From positions 1 through 64,000 of the forward strand of contig JBDHZC010000004.1 of assembly GCA_039811685.1 (NCBI GenBank): 64,000 bases of DNA, in the 5' to 3' direction. A model generated the notes under the pieces. The model saw only the letters and a list, made by a program, of their open reading frames with translations. It ran no database searches and was not told the origin of the DNA. The translations under genes were made by a program, and so were the position numbers. The first letter of the stretch is position 1, and every line of letters begins with the position of its first letter. The DNA is from Armatimonadota bacterium (GTDB lineage Bacteria; Armatimonadota; UBA5829; DSUL01). Below, one piece after another: positions 58,185 to 64,000 of this stretch.

Positions 58185-61169
58185 TTACAGGCTGAAGAGA
58201 GTGCGCAGGTCCAGGCGCGCTTCTACGGCAGTGCGATCCTGGATATCCGGGTTGGAGTTGTGCCACTGGATTGCCTCGCCTGTGAAGGTGAGGTAGCGGT
58301 CTGCGTCAATCTTGTGATCCACCTTCACTTTGATTGAGTTGCCGCTAACAGTGCCGCTTGCGGTCATAGTGGTGTCCAGTCCGTAATAGATGTCAAACAG
58401 GAAGTTGCCGCTCTGGCGCTGCAGACCAAACATCTGCTTTGTTATGTCCGTGGCAGCCTTTGGATTTCGGTCGTGGCGCAGATCAAGCACAAGATTCAAA
58501 CCGTTCGACAGCTTGCTTGTCACTTTGAACGAGCGCGAAACGCCAAAGTCTATCTGGCCGCTGGGCAGTTCTTTGTACTGGTTGACGACATAGGCCAACT
58601 GAGTCGTCGGGCTGAGCCTTACATCTGCGTTTATGTTGCGAATAGGCTCCAGGCGCCCCCAGCCACCGTCCTTGTCCTTGTAGTAGAGATCCACGTGCCA
58701 CCACTTTTTGGGATCAGGATCACTCTTGAAAGTGTACCCTCGCGCAAACTGAATCTTCTGGTTGGCGGGCAATACGTGCGCGTAGTCCAGGCCGACGACA
58801 TTCTTGCCCCACAGCCCGTCAAGTTTCACACCGCGCGTGAATGTGGACTGCCCGCCGCTCATATTGGCCTGGCCAAGCTGCGCAGCCACATTGAGCTGCC
58901 TAAGTGGGCCAAAGCGCTGGGCTACCAGACCTCCGAGATTAGCCATATACCCGGCGCCGTTGCCGATATAGTTGGTCTGGCGGCTCACAAGGTCGAGGCT
59001 GGCATTCAGATTCTTCGAAGCTGCCCACTTAAAGCCGACCTTACTCATGCTCTCGGACGGGTCTGCGCCACGGTCAATACTGGACTGCGCTGCTTGCAGT
59101 GTCAGCGATTTTCCCAGCCTGGATTGCAGTTGGTACAGCTCGCTATTTTCAAACTTGCCATTCATGTAGCTGAGCCGCCGGTTGTCCATACTCAGCCATT
59201 GAGGCCGCGCCTTGTCCGTCTCAAAATGTTCCTGATTGACCGTCGTGCCTGCCAACACACCGCCCGCCACCTGGGTGAGATCAGAGCTGCGTGAAGCGCT
59301 CACATACCAGTTGTTCTTGAAGCGTTGCTCAACAGACTGGAGCTCTTTAAGCGACCCGTTAAGAATATCTCCGTCAGTGCGCCGCAAGCTCTGGTTGTGC
59401 TGGAACACGATCTTGGTCTTTTCGGATGGGTTGTAGAGAAGATTCAGCACATCCTGAGAATCTGACAGCAGGTCGGTCGCGTTGTTTGAGCGCACCAGCG
59501 AACTGTTGAGCTTCAGCGCCTTGGAAAGCTCTCCGTCAAGAGACATGTCATATCTTCTGAAGCCAATTCCCGCGACCATAGCCTGCTTGTCAGGATCAGC
59601 CAGGTCGGCAATACGTGTGAATGTGGGGTCTATATTCTGGTAGTGCGCGCTGAAGTTGATGTGCCTGCCGGCCAGCCCCAGACCAGCCTTGGTCACACCA
59701 CCCGTATCGCCGTCCACAAGCGAGTAGTTTCCATTGATTGACAACCCCGTTCCTGCTTTAGCGCTCAGGCCGGCGGACATCTTCCTCAGTCCGGACTCAA
59801 GACCAAACTGTCCCTTTTCCACAGGGGCTAACTGCTTAAGACGCGCAAATTTTGGTCCAACGCTCTGGAAGCTGGCCCAGCTCTGCCAGTTGTTGCTCTT
59901 CAACGACAGAGTCTGTTGATTGATACTGTCGTTGCCATCGCTGATATTCAAGAAGGACAGCGTTCCGGTCAGATTCGGATTCAGCTTGACGTAGGTGCTG
60001 AGTGATTTGTGAGAAAGCCCGGCCTCCAATCCAACTGCCTGTTGGTCGGCCGCGCTCACCTGGCCAGCCGTAGCATTTGGGTCGAACTGGCGGCGAATGG
60101 AAAGAGCCAGGTCTGTCAGCTCAGATGTGCTCAAACTGGCCATCCTCTTGAAGCTGGCATCGACGCTGCGCAGCATGCCGTACGCTCCAAAAGTTGGCTC
60201 CACGTACGTCAGCTCAAACGTACGCATCGAGCCGCTGCTGTCATACACCTGCGTCCAGCCCAGACGGTTCCACGGCGTGCCCTCAGGCAACGCTTTGGCA
60301 GGCTGCATCTCCATAGCCGCTGATATTCGCCTGAGTCCTTTTTCCTTCTGAAGCTGATTGACGACCGCGGGGTCCAGTCCTCCCTGCTCACGCAGGCTCT
60401 GAAAACCGGTGAAGTTAGCTCCCACATCCTGGTAGCCAAGTGAGACTCTCGTGTGTCCAAGGTTGATGGCTGCCTTCTGGGCCACGATCGTGTCACTGAC
60501 GGCCGGATTGCCAGCCTTAGCCGCAGGTTTGTCAAACAGGCTTGCCGCTGTCGAACCCTTGCGGGGGTCAGACATGTAGTACATGCTCTCGAGACTTGTT
60601 TTGCCAAAATCAAAGTCCATCTTCATGCCGTAGGTCAGCACATCAAATGGCGTTCCGTTCTTGGCATCCGCCGCCTGATAGGCGTGGAGGAAGTTTGCGG
60701 TGTTAGTTCCGCCGAGGAATCCTGGCAACAGTGGCAGGCCGGCCAGACTGCGCGCCACAGACTTACCTTCCAGGTACCGATAGGTCACCTGGATAGTCTC
60801 GGAGGCAGATACGGGTTCGCTGAAGCTGACGGAGCCGCTGACGCTGTCAACAAAGAAGTCGCGATTGCGAACGAGTCTGCGCCCATTGATACTTGCCGTC
60901 ACCGAGTCCGCGATGATATTGCCGTGCGTGAGCATGTAGCCGGCTGGACTTCCATTACCACGTAGAGAGTCAAAGCTCGAACTTGCTGGCGCGTCTTTCT
61001 GCTTCGGGTCGTCGGTGGCCGACTGTCTGTTGTCCAGAATCTGTCCGTCAAAGCTGCCCTGATTTCCCCAGAGCAGACGTGGCGGATCAGCTGCCAGCGC
61101 CGGTATCCTGACCAGCCCTGTCATCAACAGGCCACTAAACAAAATTGTCCGGAAGATTCTACTCTTCAT
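58185..61169 (-). CDS. Large secreted protein, predicted outer-membrane beta-barrel (SprA-like motifs)
   Basis: Signal peptide; N-terminal IIADSV..NG.RL.RNRDFFVD..SG.VSF...IQVTY module; amphipathic beta pattern; repeated (Y/F/L)xx(V/I)xxxFxx(h)xxL motifs. Confidence 0.55.
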   Translation of the reverse strand: MKSRIFRTILFSGLLMTGLVRIPALAADPPRLLWGNQGSFDGQILDNRQSATDDPKQKDAPASSSFDSLRGNGSPAGYMLTHGNIIADSVTASINGRRLVRNRDFFVDSVSGSVSFSEPVSASETIQVTYRYLEGKSVARSLAGLPLLPGFLGGTNTANFLHAYQAADAKNGTPFDVLTYGMKMDFDFGKTSLESMYYMSDPRKGSTAASLFDKPAAKAGNPAVSDTIVAQKAAINLGHTRVSLGYQDVGANFTGFQSLREQGGLDPAVVNQLQKEKGLRRISAAMEMQPAKALPEGTPWNRLGWTQVYDSSGSMRTFELTYVEPTFGAYGMLRSVDASFKRMASLSTSELTDLALSIRRQFDPNATAGQVSAADQQAVGLEAGLSHKSLSTYVKLNPNLTGTLSFLNISDGNDSINQQTLSLKSNNWQSWASFQSVGPKFARLKQLAPVEKGQFGLESGLRKMSAGLSAKAGTGLSINGNYSLVDGDTGGVTKAGLGLAGRHINFSAHYQNIDPTFTRIADLADPDKQAMVAGIGFRRYDMSLDGELSKALKLNSSLVRSNNATDLLSDSQDVLNLLYNPSEKTKIVFQHNQSLRRTDGDILNGSLKELQSVEQRFKNNWYVSASRSSDLTQVAGGVLAGTTVNQEHFETDKARPQWLSMDNRRLSYMNGKFENSELYQLQSRLGKSLTLQAAQSSIDRGADPSESMSKVGFKWAASKNLNASLDLVSRQTNYIGNGAGYMANLGGLVAQRFGPLRQLNVAAQLGQANMSGGQSTFTRGVKLDGLWGKNVVGLDYAHVLPANQKIQFARGYTFKSDPDPKKWWHVDLYYKDKDGGWGRLEPIRNINADVRLSPTTQLAYVVNQYKELPSGQIDFGVSRSFKVTSKLSNGLNLVLDLRHDRNPKAATDITKQMFGLQRQSGNFLFDIYYGLDTTMTASGTVSGNSIKVKVDHKIDADRYLTFTGEAIQWHNSNPDIQDRTAVEARLDLRTLFSL

Positions 61170-61223
61170 CAGACTTATACAACTCAGAGATTCGAACCAG
61201 AACTCCTCAGATTCGCCGCTCTA

Positions 61224-62366
61224 TCAGAACTTTGCCTCCCATAGCTTGATTGACACCTGCCGCCGCACGGACTCATCAGGTGATATATCGGTAAGTCCGC
61301 GGTGTTTCCGTTCTCGAATTCGCCGCTGAATATCAGCCGTAAGATTAATCTGCGCGTTGCGTTCCACCAGATCTTCAGGCTCTACTCGCACGACGACCAG
61401 AGGTTTGCTTGTCCCAGAAGTGGATTCCGATGCCGTCAGCGTTGATTTCTCGGCTCCATAACTGTCCGAACCATCAATGGTCCCGACTGTCCTGTTGAGC
61501 GAATCGGAACGGGTGGGCGTTTCTGGAACTGGCAGCGCAGCCACTTGTCCAACCGGCAGCCGAGAGCTTTTTGATACCAGGGGGCCTGCAAAACGCCGGG
61601 TAGTTTTTGAGCGTCCGGAGCGCGAAGTTGCCCGCATCGCCGCCTTTTCTGCCACCTGTGGGCCAGATGCGGCGGCAACCGTCAGTGGTGCTCTGGAGTC
61701 AGAGTCCTGCGGTTGAGACGAAACACCCTCTTCGTGTTTCTGAGTCGTGGATGGCAGAGATGTCTGCGGCGCAACGGGAGCTTTCGACAGTGAGGTTGAC
61801 GGTGGCGCCGTTACCGGCCGCCCGGTACTGTTTATTGTGCCATGAAAAACGCTTATCAGTACCACCGCCGCCACAACTCCGGCGCCCAGCGCTGCCTTCC
61901 ATGGCGCGGCGCCTCCAGCCCAGAGCCTGTGTGTCCGGGACCTTCGCGCATAGGTTGCCGAGGCGATAGCCTGTCTCAGGCCATCGGGCGCCGCAACTTC
62001 CGACATAGCAGAAGCGGCAGCATACCGCGAGTAGAACTGCGCGTCTTCAGAGCAGACTCTGCACTCCTCAACGTGCTGCTTTGCGGCAGGTGACAGATCA
62101 GCGGACGCTGCCAGGGCTAGCTCGCTCGCAGTCTCAATGCACCTCTGCGCCGCGGCCACAGTCTGGCTCAGACGTGCGCCCAGCCCGGCAGGAACTTCTT
62201 CGTCCACACTTAATGCGCACGCGCTGACGAGGTTTCTCATGGCCTGCAACGCTTCGCGACAACTAGCGCACTCCTGCAAATGGCGCTCAATGCTGGTTGT
62301 TGACTCAGCATCCATCTCTGCGTCCACGTAACAGGACAGATTGTTTTTGACTTCTGGGCAATTCAT
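61224..62366 (-). CDS. Anti-sigma factor with tandem zf-HC2 domains, single TM and long disordered periplasmic tail
   Basis: MNC...LSCYVDAEM...HLQECASC and a second C...HVEECRVC; TM ALGAGVVAAVVLISVF; Pro/Ser/Thr-rich linker. Confidence 0.82.
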   Translation of the reverse strand: MNCPEVKNNLSCYVDAEMDAESTTSIERHLQECASCREALQAMRNLVSACALSVDEEVPAGLGARLSQTVAAAQRCIETASELALAASADLSPAAKQHVEECRVCSEDAQFYSRYAAASAMSEVAAPDGLRQAIASATYARRSRTHRLWAGGAAPWKAALGAGVVAAVVLISVFHGTINSTGRPVTAPPSTSLSKAPVAPQTSLPSTTQKHEEGVSSQPQDSDSRAPLTVAAASGPQVAEKAAMRATSRSGRSKTTRRFAGPLVSKSSRLPVGQVAALPVPETPTRSDSLNRTVGTIDGSDSYGAEKSTLTASESTSGTSKPLVVVRVEPEDLVERNAQINLTADIQRRIRERKHRGLTDISPDESVRRQVSIKLWEAKF

Positions 62367-62631
62367 AAACTGATTTCCTGTCTTCGCGCTGTCTTCACCG
62401 ACCGCGCCTGCAGCCGATATGCGACCTCGATTGTCGCATTCGCAGTCTCGAAAGCTCTCAGGAACTACACCTTACGGGATTCCTGACTGTTTGGAGACAC
62501 ATCTCTATTAGTTGAGACACTTGTGTCTCTCAAATGTAACAGCTCTTTTCGGGAGAGTTGCCGGGTGGCTGAAAACTTGGGAAAGCCCGCCGGCGTAGCT
62601 GCCTGCTCAGGTCGCCGTAGCCAATGTTTTC

Positions 62632-62660
62632 TTGTATCGGTGTGGGTGAGTGTGTATAAT
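62632..62660 (+). promoter_or_regulatory. sigma70 promoter of lptC-lptA
   Basis: TTGTAT-N17-TATAAT. Confidence 0.7.
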
Positions 62661-62806
62661 GCTCTGTCCCTGCGCAGCGCTGAGTGCCCGATGATCCGCG
62701 GAGAGACAAAATCAGCCGGCGAGCAGTCCTAAGCTGCAAGCGCTCTCAGCCAGACGATGCAGGCTGACCTGCGGCGCATGGTCGCACTGGATCGGTCTAC
62801 AGACCA

Positions 62807-63400
62807 TTGCCAAAAGAACCGCAATTTACAACTGCACACCGCTTGACAGGCGTTTTCATACTGGCTATCACAATGGCAGGCGGCTGCTCCAGGGTTCCGA
62901 CCCGGACTCCTGCAAAGCCGGGACCTGCGCGGCCTCCTGTGATCGTGCGCGTCGAGGGCGCAGACACTGTGCAAACGGATGAACAGGGCAATGAGCTTTG
63001 GAGGGTGAAGGCGGATGAAATGCTGCTCAACCAGGAGAAAGGGACAGCCGATCTCCACGGCGGGCAGGTGACAGTCTTTGGTCCGGGCCACACCGTGCGG
63101 CTCAACCTCAGTGCGCCACGCGTCCAAACGAGCGTCCTGGAGCGCAAGCTCACAGCTTCCGGGGGCATAAAGGCTGAGAGTCCTGTCTCTCAAACCCAGT
63201 TTTCAGCGGGGAAAATTGAAGTGGACCTGAACCGCGACAGCATTGTGGCGAGCGACGGGCTGATGGGAAGTAGGCCAAATGGGTCCTTCAAAGCCCAAAG
63301 GCTGGAGTCCGATATCAAGCTGACACGCATGAAGCTTTCAGACCCCAGAAATGTGGAGATACTGATAGACTTTGCTAACGAAAGAATGGGCAGACCATGA
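62807..63400 (+). CDS. lptC: LptC-like LPS export protein
   Basis: N-terminal hydrophobic segment; DEQGNELWRVKA, LSAP...LTASGGIKA beta-jellyroll pattern; overlaps an lptA-like gene. Confidence 0.65.
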   Translation: MPKEPQFTTAHRLTGVFILAITMAGGCSRVPTRTPAKPGPARPPVIVRVEGADTVQTDEQGNELWRVKADEMLLNQEKGTADLHGGQVTVFGPGHTVRLNLSAPRVQTSVLERKLTASGGIKAESPVSQTQFSAGKIEVDLNRDSIVASDGLMGSRPNGSFKAQRLESDIKLTRMKLSDPRNVEILIDFANERMGRP

Positions 63401-63969
63401 AGATTCGATTCCGGGTGGCCATAGCCGTCATTACTGCCGCTGGGTTGACGTGTATCGGAGTAATCAAGCCTGGAACGACGGCACAGGGAGAATCCAACCA
63501 GCCGGTTGGGCCTGTCCAGGTAAGCGCGCGCGTCATCGAATGGCTGGAGCAGGACCTGATCCTCACGGGGGGGACGCCACGCGTCCACAGCCTTGACGGG
63601 CGCTTTGACTTCCGGGGAGGCAAAATCGTTGTAACGCTCAACCGGGGCAAGAGCGTGCAACGCAAAGACCTCGTCGCCAAAGTCGTTGCCACGGGAGGCG
63701 CGACAGTGGATGCTAAGCTGCCAGATCGCACTGTCCATGCGACTGCCAGCAAGGCCACATACGACCACGCTAGCGAGACCGTCGTCTTTGAGGGCAATGT
63801 CAAAGCGAAGGTGATGGATCCGCAGCTCACTGAGCCGGGAACGCTCGTCGGGCAGAAGGCGACTTTGTGGCTGAATGCTGGTCCGGGGCAGACGCGCGTG
63901 AAAGTGGAGGGAGCCCCGGCCACAATCCAGGTGACCCCAAAGGGCGAGAACCAGGAGCGGAAAGGCTAG
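63397..63969 (+). CDS. lptA: LptA/OstA-like periplasmic protein
   Basis: Signal peptide; VAKVVATGG, ATASKATYD...VVFEGNVK, LVGQKATL OstA-like motifs. Confidence 0.7.
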   Translation: MKIRFRVAIAVITAAGLTCIGVIKPGTTAQGESNQPVGPVQVSARVIEWLEQDLILTGGTPRVHSLDGRFDFRGGKIVVTLNRGKSVQRKDLVAKVVATGGATVDAKLPDRTVHATASKATYDHASETVVFEGNVKAKVMDPQLTEPGTLVGQKATLWLNAGPGQTRVKVEGAPATIQVTPKGENQERKG

Positions 63970-64000
63970 CGCTTGAGTCTGGCGTGTCAGGAACTTGTCA

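Noticed and set aside
62367..62800. Possible ECF sigma gene or remnant upstream of the second anti-sigma
   Set aside because: No ORF or sigma motifs seen on the minus strand; the region looks like promoter DNA.
1..64000. CRISPR arrays, IS/transposases, integrases, prophage genes, tRNA/rRNA
   Set aside because: No repeat-spacer periodicity, recombinase/transposase motifs or RNA-gene signatures noticed by eye; tRNAscan/cmscan would be needed to exclude them formally.

Overview
GC-rich bacterial chromosome segment. The gene content (Firmicutes/Chloroflexi-like ribosomal proteins together with LptC/LptA, TIGR03790 and many secreted proteins) suggests a diderm Terrabacterium such as Armatimonadota; this is an inference. 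Bases 1-20.6 kb hold the end of tuf and a complete S10-spc-alpha ribosomal superoperon (to rplQ-truA-rplM-rpsI), with a divergent EF-G paralogue inserted between rplE and rpsN. Next come NlpC/P60, DUF1611 and GAF-SpoIIE genes, a complete reverse-strand arg operon (argCJBDFG-x-H, with an archaeal-looking ArgG) and a candidate ~70-nt anti-SD small RNA. Then follow hisS-aspS, a cyclophilin, an orphan flagellar rod gene, a motif-dead HydF-like protein, an L,D-transpeptidase and a phosphoesterase-MFS operon. The last part has an ECF sigma/anti-sigma/STN-domain cluster, an RpoD-like sigma with a highly structured leader, an orphan anti-sigma paired with a ~1000-aa predicted outer-membrane barrel, and lptC-lptA. 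No rRNA, tRNA, CRISPR or mobile element was seen. All family assignments come from recognised motifs; no database searches were run.
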